Source: Chiloscyllium plagiosum (lineage: Eukaryota). Taken from it: DNA of 20,000 nt. The notes under the pieces were generated by a model. That model searched no databases, was not told where the DNA came from, and was given only the letters and a program-made list of their open reading frames with translations. A program made the translations under genes and the position numbers. This document shows positions 10,113 to 20,000 of the stretch, in pieces. How positions within the stretch are numbered: the stretch's first letter is position 1; the number at the start of each line of letters is the position of its first letter. The DNA is taken from positions 80,935,873-80,955,872 of the forward strand of contig NC_057719.1 in NCBI RefSeq assembly GCF_004010195.1, read 5' to 3'.

Positions 10113-10224
10113 TCAAGGACAGCATAACCTTGTAAAAGGAGCACAACATTTACTATACTTTTCCAACTTGCCCACCATTGCCTGTGCTGTTCAGAGTTGT
10201 GGAAAATTCACCCCGTCATATCAT

Positions 10225-10350
10225 GGTTGCTTCAACTGCCCTCTGAAATGTTGTGGTAAACCACTCAGTTCAAGGGTACTTTGGGATGGGCAAGAAATGT
10301 CGACTTTGTCTGTAGTGGCCAGGTCTCAAGAAAGGAAGAATTTTAAAAAT
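10225..10350 (+). mobile_element. Diverged SINE 3' tail fragment, related to the SINE at 2562
   Basis: aactgccctctgaaatg...ccactcagttcaaggg...gggatgggcaagaaatg ending in an A-rich tract. Confidence 0.5.
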
Positions 10351-10477
10351 AGATATGTTTGTGAAGTGTGAGTGTACGTTGTACAGTATGTAGCACATGC
10401 AATAAAACTTCAATTATTGTCTAGGATATACCGAGTAACATGAACAAGAATTTATAATTGAGTGTTGATGGTGAATA

Positions 10478-10947
10478 CCCTTGCCAACTTTTATAGGTGC
10501 GCGAACGAGAGCATTCTGTCTGGATGTATCACTACCTGGCATGGCAAGATCGGAGACGGTTACAGAGAGTGGTGAACTCGGCCCGGACAATCACAAAGGC
10601 CAACCTCCCATCTATAGAATCCATTTACCAGGCCCGCTGTCAAGGAAAGGCCAGCATTCTTAAAGATCCATCCCACCCTGGCAATGCTTTTCTTCAACCT
10701 CTACCATCAGGGAGAAGGTACAGAAGCCTGAACACATGCACCAGCCGGTTTCGAAACAGTTTCTACCCTACTGTTGTTAGAATACTGAATGGACTCACAA
10801 ACTCTGAGCATTTGCCTGTACCTATGTTTTGCTTTTGCCGCTGTTTACCTATTAGTTACTTATCTATGCTACTTAACTCTGTGATCTGCCTGTATTGCTC
10901 GCAAGAAAAGCTTTTCGGTACACGTAACAATAAATTCAATTCAATTG
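10478..10947 (+). mobile_element. Rex1/Babar-type non-LTR retrotransposon 3' fragment
   Basis: ESILSGCITTW...QDRRRLQRVVNSARTIT..LPSIESIYQARC..ILKDPSHPG..LPSGRRYRSL..TSRFRNSFYP; tail aataaattcaattcaatt. Confidence 0.9.
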
Positions 10948-11080
10948 TGGGATGATCTGATCAAAAAGCTTGAAATGCTTAAAGAGTTTGAGAGAGTAGA
11001 TACAGCGAGCAGAAGCTCATAGGAACCTGAACGCTGTTGGCTAAGGCAAGAATGGGGCAGAGTCGCGTAAGTCCAGCAAG

Positions 11081-11257
11081 TGTGTTGCTGGAAAAGCACA
11101 GCAGGTCAGGCAGCATTCGAGGAGCAGGATTCCTGATGAAGGGCTCTGGTCCGAAATGTCGATTCTCCTGCTGCTCGGATGCTGCCTGACCTGCTGTGCT
11201 TTTCCAGCAACACACTCTCTCCTCTGATCTCCAGCATCTGCAGACCTCACTGTCTCC
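11081..11257 (+). mobile_element. Tiny PLE-derived fold-back element with a hammerhead core, flanked by a 13-bp TSD
   Basis: TAAGTCCAGCAAG at 11068-11080 and 11258-11270; 50-bp inverted arms 11080-11129 and 11166-11215 (48/50); HHR in the spacer. Confidence 0.9.
11133..11160 (+). ncRNA. Minimal hammerhead ribozyme core
   Basis: CTGATGA-A-GGGC-tctg-GTCC-GAAA-TGTC with a canonical GUC triplet. Confidence 0.8.
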
Positions 11258-11852
11258 TAAGTCCAGCAAGGTCTATTTTGACATCAGGTGCAACATCTTT
11301 TAATTTGGTTTTGGGCATCAAGGCAAGAATCTTGCAAGGAAGTGCCTCTTAATGTGGAGCATCACTCGCTAATGACCTTAATAACTGCACATCACACCAT
11401 AGTAATGTGCAATGCCCTATCCTGTGGCCTGCTGATGGACAGTGAGAATCATCGACATGGATGCCAGAGTAAGTACCTAGTGACTTCAAATGGCCATTGA
11501 CTATGAAGAGGCTCTATGTGGCTGACCACTCAAAAGCATCTCAGGGGGCACAATCCATGGGCACCAGCTGCACGCGCTGCCAGGGACACTGTGCCGGAGT
11601 AGGAATGGAGACTTGGTGCAATTGGAGACATTACCCTCTCAATGGCTGTGAAAGTGCCAGCTGTGCTGAATCGCTAAATGACTGTCCCCTTGCAGGGAGC
11701 ACTAGGTGAGCCTGTGTAAGATCTCTCGTCCGTGCAATCACAAATACACCTTGCAAATACTGGCCACAAGCAATCGTTGATCATGACAAATTAACTTGGA
11801 CAATCTCTGTGACGTAGAAGTGACCACACGCAATCTTAAAAGTGTAGGCGCA

Positions 11853-12425
11853 CGTGAGGACTGCAGATGCTGGAGAAATCAGAGTTGAAGTGTGTGGTGC
11901 TGGAAAAGCACAGCAGCTCAGGCAGCATCCGAGGAGCAGGAGAATCGACGTTCATCAGGGAATGGGGCTTGTGAGCTGAGGGGGTAAGGTGGGGGGAGGG
12001 GAAATGAGGAAACTGGTGAAATCTACATTAATGCCGTGAGATTGGAGTGTCCCGAGGCGGAAGATGAGGCGTTCTTCCTCCAAGCGTTGGGTGGTTAGGG
12101 AGTTGTAATGGAGGAGGCCCAGGACCTGCATTTCTTTGGCAGGGTGGGAGGGGGAGTTGAAGTGTTTGGCCACGGGCCAGTGGGATTGGCTGGTGCGGGT
12201 GTCCCGGAGATGTTCCCTGAAGCGCTCTGCGAGTAGGTGTCCTGTCTCCCCGACATAGAGGAGACCGTGTTGGAAGCAATAAACACAGTAAGTGACACGT
12301 GTGGAAGTGCCGATAAAACTCTGGTGGATGTGGAAGGCTCCTTTGGGGCCTTGGACGGAGATGAGGGTGGAGGTGTGGGCCCAGGTTTTGCAATTCCTGC
12401 GGTGGCAGGGGAAGGTGCCAGGAGT
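11853..12425 (-). mobile_element. Penelope-like element 3' part (same family as 9148-10112), HHR stem II deleted
   Basis: ORF 11955..12173 AKHFNSPSHPAKEMQVLGLLH..LEEERLIFRLGTLQSHGINVDFTSF; tail matches 11166-11250. Confidence 0.9.
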
Positions 12426-12499
12426 GTCACCTGTAGTTGCTAATTCTCAAAGATATTCCACTAGTATCATTGCAGCATAAGTGTGCAAAACTGCTATCC

Positions 12500-15375
12500 T
12501 CACACAGTGAGCTGAGGTCAGAAAAGAGCTCACCAGCAAGCAGGAAGGTGGTTTGAATTGTGTCTACTTCAACGTGAGGAGCGTCTAGAATAAGATGGAT
12601 GAACTTGCAGCATGGGTTGGTATCTGGGACTTCAATTTTGTGGCTATTTCGGAGACATGGGTAGAGCAGGGACTGGAATGGTTGGTGCAGGTTCTGGGAT
12701 TTAGATGTTTCATTAAGAACAGAGAAGATGGTAAAAAAACAGGGGAGATGTGGCATTATTAGTCAAGAAAAGTATAATGGTACTGTTTGAGAACTCATCT
12801 ACTGAGGTAGTATGGGCTGTGGTTAGAAACAGGATGGAGAGATCACCCTGTTGAGAATTTTCTATAGGCCTCTAAATAGTTCCAGAGTTGTAGAGGAAAG
12901 GATAACAAAGATAATTCTGAACAGGAGCAAGAGTAAAAGAGTACTTGTTATGGGGGAATTTCACTATCCAAATATTGACTAGAAATACTATAGCTCAAGT
13001 ACTTTAGATGAGTCAGTTTTTGTCCAATGTGTGCAGGATCGTTTCCTGACACGGTATACAGACAAGCCAACAAGGGACCAGGCCACAATGGATTTGGTAC
13101 TGGGTAATGAACCCAACCAGATGTCACATTTGGAGGTAGGTGAGCACTTTGGTGATAGTGACCACAATTTGGTTATGTTAACTTTAGCGATGGAAAGGAC
13201 AGGTATATTACGCAGGGTAAGAGTTATTGCTGGGGGAAAGGCAATTATGATGTGATTAGGTAAGATTTAGAATGCATAGGATGGGGAAGGAAACTGCAGT
13301 GAATAGACACACTTGAAATGTAGAGCTTATTCAAGGAACTGCTACTGCAGGTCTTTGATAAGTATGTACCTGTCAGGGAGGGAGGATGTGGTTGAATGAG
13401 GGAGCCGTGGTTTACTAAGGAAGTTGAATCTCTTGTCAATAGGAAAAAGAAGGTTTATGTTAGGATGAGATGTGAAGGCTCTGTTAGGGTAGTTGAGAGT
13501 TACAAGTTAGCCAGGAAGGACCTAAAGAGAGAGCTCAGAAGAGCCAAGAGGGGACATGAGAAGTCATTGGCAGGTAGGATCAAGGAAAATCCTAAAGCTT
13601 TCTATTGGTATATCAGGAAGAAATGGATGACTTGAGAAAGATTAGGGCCAATCAAAGACAGCAGCAGGAAGTTGTGTGTGGAGTCCGAGGAGATGGGGAA
13701 GCACTAAATGAATAGTTTTTGTCAGTAATCACATTGGAAAAAGTCAATGTTGTTGAGGAGAATTGAGATACAGGCTACTACACTAGACAGGATTGAAGTT
13801 CATAAGGAGAAGGTGTTAGCAATTCTGGAAAGTGTGAAAATAGATATGTTCCCTGGGCTGGCTACGATTTATCCTAGGATTCTCTGGGAAGCCTGGGAGG
13901 AGATTTCAGAGCCTTTGACTTTGATCTCTATGTCAACATTGTGTACAGGAATAGTGCCAGAAGACTGGAGGATAGCAAATGTTCAAGAAGAGGAGCAGAG
14001 ACAACCCTGGAAATTATAGACCAGCGCGCCTTACTTCGTTTGTGGGTAAAGTATCGGTAAAGGTTATTAGAAATAGGATTTATAATCATCTAGAAAGGAA
14101 TAAGTTGATTCTGGATAGTCAACACGGTTTTGGGAAGGGTAGGTCATGCCTCACAAACCTTATTGAGTTCTTTGAGAAGGTGACCAAACAGGTGGATGGG
14201 GGTAAAGTGGTTGATGTGGTGTATATGGATTTCAGTAAGGCGTTCGATAAGGTTCTCCACGATAGGCTATTGCATAAAATACAGAGACATGGGATTGAGG
14301 GTGATTTTGTGGTTTAGATCAGAAATTGGCTAGCTGTAAGAAGACAGATCGCTGGTGGTTGATGGGAAATGTTCATCCTGGAGTTCAGTTACTAGTGGTG
14401 TACGCAAGGATCTGTTTTGGGGCCACTGCTGTTTCTCATTTTTATAAATGACCTGGATGAGGACGTAGAAGGATGGGTTAGTAAATTTTTGGATGACACT
14501 AAGATCAGGGGAGTTGTGGATAGTGCTGAAGGATGTTGCAGGTTACAGAGGGGCATAGACAAGCTGCGGAGCTGGGCTGAGAAGGGGCAAATGGAGTTTA
14601 ATGCGGAAAAATGTGAGGTGATTCACATTGGAAGGAGCAACAGGAATAAAGTACTGGGCTAATGGTAAGAGTTTTGGAATTGTAGATGAGCAGAGAGATC
14701 TCGGTGCCCCTGTACGTAGATCCCTGAAAGCTGCCACCCAGGTTGATAGGGTTGTTAAGAAGGCATACAGTGTGTTAGCATCTATTGGTAGAGGGATTGA
14801 GTTTCGGATCCACGAGGTCATGCTGCAGCTGTACAAAACTCTGGTGCGGCTACACTTGGAGTATTGTCTATTGTTCTGGTCACCACATTATAGGAAGGAT
14901 GTGGAAGCTTTGGAAAGGGTTCAGAGGAGATTTATTAGGATGTTGCCTGGTATGGAGAGAAGGTGTTATGAGGAAAGGCTGTTTTCATTAGAGAGAAGAA
15001 GGTTGAGAGATGACTTAATTGCGACATACAAGATAATCAGAGGGTTAGATAGGGTGGACAGTGAGAGTCTTTTTCCTCGGATGGTGAATGGTTAGCATTA
15101 GGGAACATGGCTTTAAATTGAGGGGTGGTAGATATAGGACAGATGTCAGAGGTAGTTTCTTTACTCGGAGAGTAGTAGGGGCATGGAATGCACTGCGTGC
15201 AACAGTAGTAGACTCACCAACTTTAAGGGCATTTAAATGGTCACTGGATAGACATATGGAAGAAATTGGAATAGAGTAGGATAGATGGGCTTCAGATTGG
15301 TTCCACAGATTGGCACAACATTGAGGGCTGAAGGGCCTGTACTGCGCTGTGATGTTCTATGTTCTAAGTTCTATG
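12500..15375 (+). mobile_element. CR1 (HER1-like) LINE with near-complete but disabled ORF2 (APE endonuclease + reverse transcriptase) and 3' tail
   Basis: CVYFNVRS..VAISETW, GEHFGDSDHN, PGNYRP, SQHGF..GRSCLTNLIEFFE, VYMDFSKAFDKV, GPLLFLIFINDLD, SKFLDDTK, LEYCLLFWSPHYRKD; tail gttctatgttctaagttctatg. Many stops and frameshifts. Confidence 0.97.
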
Positions 15376-15507
15376 AACTGTAAGTATGTGAGAATATGGA
15401 CCAATATATTCAGTGCTACTTTTTGAAGGTGACTAGGGAGGGATGAGAAAGGAGGGAGGACCTACTTCTACAGTTGTGACACTGCAGTTACAATACTATA
15501 ATTTGGT

Positions 15508-15755
15508 ATGGCACGGTGGCTCAGTGGTTCTCGAGCTGCCTCACAACGCCAGGGACTCAGGTTTGATCCTAAGCCTGAGCAACTTTCTGTGTGGAATTTG
15601 CACGCTCTCCCTGTGTCTGTGTGGCTTTCCTCCCAGTGCTCCGGTTTCTTCCCACAGTCCAAAGATGTGCAGGTTAGGTGGATTAACCATAGGGTCACAG
15701 GGATAGGGTGGGTGAGCAGGACAGTTGGTGCAGGCTTGATAGGCTGAATGTCCTC
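15508..15755 (+). mobile_element. HE1-like tRNA-derived SINE; its tail resumes at ~15995-16015 after a CR1 insert
   Basis: A box ggtggctcagtgg, B-box-like ggtttgatcc, body tgctccggtttcttcccacagtccaaagatgtgcaggttagg. Confidence 0.88.
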
Positions 15756-15769
15756 TTAAAAGGCATCTG

Positions 15770-15994
15770 AGGGGCAACTTCCTTCATGTAGAGGGTGGTG
15801 AGTGTATAGAATGAGCTGCCAGAGGAACTGTTGGAGGCTGGCACAATAACAACATTTAAAAGGCATCTGGATGAGTATATGAATAAGAAAGGCTGGGAAA
15901 TGGGACGAGATTAATTTACAATATCTGGTCTGCATGGGCGGGTTTGACCGAAGGGTTTGTTTCTGTGCTGTGCATGTCTATAACTCTCTAACTC
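15770..15994 (+). mobile_element. CR1/HER1 3'-end fragment nested in the SINE tail
   Basis: agggtggtgagtgtatagaatgagctgccagagga...catttaaaaggcatctgg...gaccgaaggg, homologous to 2871-3192. Confidence 0.85.
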
Positions 15995-16369
15995 TTCTGC
16001 ACCGTTAGATTCTATAATATCCCAATGTATTTGAACAACTTGGTGTGCACTGCATACATCAACATTATACATAGGTATAATAGGTCAGAGGTCCATGTTG
16101 AGGTATTTCATCATCTCCCATGTTCTACACCAAAGACAGAGCAGAATAACCAAGGACATACAAATGTGTCTGCGAGCCCATGAGCAACAAACCTCCATTG
16201 GCTGCGAAATTGCCTTGAGAAGCCATTTAAGAAGCTACCTTAGCAATTGGAGGAGGTTTAGAAGGCCCAGAGTTTACCCTGCTCACTGTCAATCCCTGTC
16301 AAGCCTGAAGCTCAGTGTCAGTGCAGACTGGGAATGTCCCGGGATACCGTATTGTGTCAGATGCTGGGG

Positions 16370-16682
16370 TAGAATGATCATAGAATCCCTACAGTGTGGA
16401 AACGGGCCCTTCAGCCCAACAGGTCCACACCGACCCTCCGAAGAGTAACCCACCGACCCATTCCCCTACACTTAGCCTCTGACTAATGCGCCTTACACAT
16501 CCCTGAACAAACCTGACCTGCACATCTTTGGATTGTGGGAGGAAACCGGAGCACCCGGAGGAAACACGTGCAGCCATGGGGAGAATGTGCAAATTCCCGA
16601 CAGACAGTCTCCCGAGGCTGGAATCGAACCAGAATCCCTGGTGATGTGAGGCAGCAGTGCTAACCACTGAGCCACTGTACCC
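16370..16682 (-). mobile_element. HE1-like SINE, full length
   Basis: Minus-strand head gtggctcagtggttagcactgctgcctcac...ggttcgattcc; tail ctgtagggattctatga. Confidence 0.92.
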
Positions 16683-16718
16683 CCTACCCCACTTCACTTG
16701 TGCTGGGAAGGAATGGGT

Positions 16719-16936
16719 GGCCATCCCATCTCAGTGGCTGTCAAAATAACAGCAGAACTTCCTTGTTACAGGACTGACAACCAATGATTAGTGACTCTTC
16801 AATAGAACCCACTAAATGAAGCTCAACCACAAGGCCTCAGTGTGACACAGGCGGTAGCGTTCCTCAAGGTGAAGTGCTGCTATCCTGTAAGCTTTGCTTT
16901 CCTATGGTCTGTTCAACTTGTTTACTTAATGGGACT
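16719..16936. repeat. 218-bp direct repeat, copy 1
   Basis: Matches 17718-17935 with about 8 substitutions (~96% identity by eye). Confidence 0.95.
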
Positions 16937-17432
16937 AACAATGAGATGTGGTTTTACTGTGAGACGTGGTTTATTATCGTTGAAACGCAAGAAACACATA
17001 TATACACCTTCACAAAACCAGTATTGCCATCTAATATCCTGAGTAACCTTAAAGTTCTTAAATTTCTATGCCCACACAATAGTTTAAAATCTGCTTTGGG
17101 AGAACAAGTTGTTAAAAAGCATATCCTACCCCGATTATAGCTGGTCAAACTGGGATTGAAGCTGTTCTTTCCACTCCCAAGGTTCCTGCTTCTTGGTCCT
17201 GCTGTTCTCTGGAGCGTGTGTGTAGCCGACTCTACTGAAACTCAGTTCCACCCGAAAGCTTGCAGCATTGACTCATCAAACAGCCCATTCAGTAGTCAGT
17301 CACGGTGAATGGCTTGCATATCAGTCTAGCTTGATCCAATTTGACAGTGAATGCTGCAATCTTCCTGGCTTGAATATCTCAGTTCCACTGTCTAACACCT
17401 ATCCAATATAATCAAACAGGGGAACCACTTTG

Positions 17433-17545
17433 CAGAGTCATCACGACTCCAAACGTTAGCTTGCTCTCTCTCCATGGACACTGCCTGAACCAGCATTTAT
17501 TGCTTTCAGTGCAGATTCCAGCATCTGCAGTAACTTGCTCCTACA
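17433..17545 (+). mobile_element. Short PLE-derived tail with a decayed HHR
   Basis: GAGTC-atcac-GACTC stem followed by caaacgttagcttgctctctctccatgga...ccagcatctgcagta. Confidence 0.7.
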
Positions 17546-17717
17546 TCTGGTTTGCATGCCTATCTGTGTGCTGTGATCCAATTCCCAGCACGCTATTTGG
17601 TTGGCCAGTTTTCCCAGCATGCCATTCAATTGACCAGAATTGCTTTCAGTGTCCCAAAAGAGCTGTTATTTTATTTAAAAGGGACATTCCACTACCTACA
17701 GGATGAGCGCTGATGAA

Positions 17718-17935
17718 GGCCATTCCATCTCAGTGGCTGTCAAAATAACAGCAGAACTTCCTTGTTACGGGACTGGCAACCAATGATTAGTGACTCTTCA
17801 ACAGAACCCACTAAGTGAAGCTCAACCACAAGGCCTCAGTGTGACACAGGTGGTAGAGTTCCTCAAGGTGAAGTGCTGCTATCCTGTAAGCTTTGCTTTC
17901 CTATGGTCTGTTCAACTTGTTTACTTAGTGGGACT
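17718..17935. repeat. 218-bp direct repeat, copy 2
   Basis: Preceded by CTGATGAA (17710-17717) and followed by TGAAAGTTAGCTTGCTCTC. Confidence 0.95.
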
Positions 17936-17998
17936 TGAAAGTTAGCTTGCTCTCTTTCCATGGATACTGCCTGACCTGCTGTGATTTCCAACATCTTT
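17932..17998 (+). mobile_element. Short PLE-derived tail (same family as 17433-17545)
   Basis: gacttgaaagttagcttgctctctttccatggatactgcctgacctgctgtgatttccaacatc. Confidence 0.75.
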
Positions 17999-18459
17999 TC
18001 GTCACCACAACCTACAGTACACTCACAGAGTGTGCCACATAATCCTGACATGCTGTGCTATGCACAACCACAGTTGTCGAAACAGGGATGTCACTGTCAC
18101 CGTGGAGCTGTTTACTTGGACAAACAAATGCAGCCTCCTTATCCATCTTTCCTGCCTCACAATAAAGATTACCACTAAAAAACAAACTCCTTGAATGCTT
18201 TGTCACATCTTCTGCCTGCCTTCCCCAGTTAGGAATATCGGTGTTGCCCATTTTGATGGGTGTTAGGGAAGAAGTAACACTCATTCAGGAAGGGTTCTAA
18301 CGTTACATGAAGTTAGATCTGAGGCTTCTTTCATGACCAGGAGCTGAGAACTGGGAAATGAGTTTTGCTGTGGCCATTATCACTCTGAGAGGTGTACAGA
18401 CACAGACTCGCCTCACCTACCCATTACTGTTCAGCCTTCATTATCTGCAAATTCACATA

Positions 18460-18834
18460 CAGTAGTCCCCCTGTATCCGCAGGTGATACGTTCCAAGACC
18501 TACTGTGAATGCCTGAAACTGCAGATAGTAGCAAACCCTATATATAAGTCATGTTTCGTTAACATACATACCCATGATAAAGTTTAATTGATAAATTACA
18601 CACAATAAGACATTACCAACATTAAATAATAAGAAAATACTCTGTATGTTATTAAACTTGTGTTCTCTGTCTCTCGAATGAACGGGATTCTGACCTTTTA
18701 GCTTAACCCTCAAGGGACGAAGGAGCAATGAAAAGAAATGAATTGTTTATTTCCATTTAATATTTTCAGGCCCCGGTAAACTGCAGATAACTGAAACCAC
18801 AGAAACCAAGTTCACAGATATGGGGGTGCTACTG
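18460..18834. mobile_element. TcMar-Tigger non-autonomous DNA transposon (MITE), MER44/Tigger7-like
   Basis: TA-CAGTAGTCCCCCTGTATC ... GATATGGGGGTGCTACTG-TA: imperfect TIRs and a TA target duplication at 18458-18459 and 18835-18836. Confidence 0.92.
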
Positions 18835-19022
18835 TATGCTGCTAAATGAGCATGCAATGCTTCACTCTAATGTCTGACATGACCGGTGCTGTCATTAAAA
18901 CATTCCTTCCCACCAAAGCCCTGCACTGAGGCAGAGTGTGGATATTAATGGATATTACCCAGCCTTAAAGGAGCACCCACTCCCGTGTGAGGCAAATAGT
19001 TGGAATGATCTTTTGTCCCCAA

Positions 19023-19347
19023 AATCATAGAATCCCTTCAGTGCAGATCAAGACCATTCAGCCCATCAAGTCCTGACCAAACCTCAGAAGAGTATCCCAC
19101 CCAAACCTATCCCCATAACCCCACATTCTACCATGGGTGATCCACCAAGCCTGCACACGACAGGGCAATTTATTTTAGTGCGCCTAACTGAATATTGTTG
19201 GACCTTGGGAGGAAACCAGAATACCCAGAGGAAACCCATGCAGACTCAGGGAGAACATGCAAACTCCACACACACAGTCACCCATGGTGAGACTTGAACC
19301 TGGGTCCCTGGCACTGTAAGGCAAGAGTGCTAACCACTGAACCACCC
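19023..19347 (-). mobile_element. HE1-like SINE
   Basis: Minus-strand head ggtggttcagtggttagcactcttgccttacagtgccagggacccaggttcaag; tail gaagggattctatgatt. Confidence 0.9.
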
Positions 19348-19607
19348 TGGAGTGTGGAGATTGAAATAACCTCCCTCGGAGCCACAATTCCACCTTCGCA
19401 GAGGTAAAGGGAACATGGAAATAGCGGAGGATGTTTTCGCCTTCTGGGTTATGGGCCTAACATGCTCCCGTTTGTGCCATTCTGCTACCGCAGAAAAATG
19501 TGTTTCTGCAATTAAGTAGCTTTCCTTTCCAACAGCAAAAAATCTACATTCAACAATGGTGTCTTCACCCAACCCAGATCCCTTGGAGGCAAGTATCAAT
19601 TGGGTCC

Positions 19608-19690
19608 AGATACTGCCAGTCCTGCTGAGTTTCTCCAGCAATTTCAGATTTTGTTTCACATTTCCAGCATCCACACTTCTTTGTTTTGTA
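19608..19690 (+). mobile_element. PLE-derived tail fragment
   Basis: agatactgccagtcctgctgagtttctccagcaatttc...tttccagcatcc resembles the other PLE tails in the window. Confidence 0.65.
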
Positions 19691-19834
19691 GCAATTAAGT
19701 CTGCTGCCTGGTTTGTTGTACTTAATGCTGTGTAACTGTATTGTGCAGAAAGTGAGGTTCCTCCTGCTCAATGTCATCATCTTCCTCTTCAGAAGACTGC
19801 TGCTGCTCTCCCAGCTCCTCTGTCACCATCTCAC

Positions 19835-20000
19835 TCATCACACACACACAACACACTCATACCACACACACACAACACACCGCGCACACACAAACACATA
19901 CTCATACACACCACACACACATAAACATACACTCATACACACCACACACACGCACACACACACACAAAACACAAACACACACACACACTCTCTCTCACAC
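19835..20000. repeat. Imperfect (CA)n simple repeat
   Basis: Directly visible CA-rich tract running to the window end. Confidence 0.95.

Noticed and set aside
11330..11475. Possible second Myb-like Harbinger relic (ILWPADGQ* followed by GTAAGT)
   Set aside because: Too short and degenerate to support without a search.
13031..15279. Possible functional reverse transcriptase
   Set aside because: It is fragmented by many stops and frameshifts; a dead CR1 copy.
16610..16682. tRNA-like A/B boxes (also at 15510-15570 and 19290-19345)
   Set aside because: These are SINE heads attached to HE1-like bodies, not tRNA genes.
16719..17935. 218-bp direct repeats as LTRs of a TRIM-like element
   Set aside because: No TG...CA termini, PBS, polypurine tract or TSD seen; better explained as a local duplication.

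Overview
Repeat-dominated, non-coding vertebrate DNA, almost certainly from a cartilaginous fish (shark-type HE1-like SINEs, HER1/CR1 LINEs, shark-type Penelope-like elements). No intact protein-coding gene is supported. From left to right: (1) a decayed Gmr1-like Gypsy LTR retrotransposon on the minus strand (LTR 4396-5500, PBS, gag, protease, integrase). Its gag-containing ~2.5 kb segment appears inverted, with a breakpoint inside the zinc knuckle, and carries nested Penelope, SINE and CR1 insertions. (2) A relic Harbinger-type Myb/SANT gene with an intron. (3) Several Penelope-like elements (PLEs) carrying minimal hammerhead-ribozyme (HHR) cores, including a ~180 bp hairpin mini-element with a 13-bp target-site duplication. 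(4) A Rex1/Babar fragment, a ~2.9 kb decayed CR1 ORF2, three HE1-like SINEs and a Tigger/MER44-like MITE. (5) A 218-bp local duplication that sits inside a hammerhead stem II. All family names come from motif recognition, not database searches. I see unusual rearrangements and ribozyme-bearing elements, but no demonstrably new biological system.
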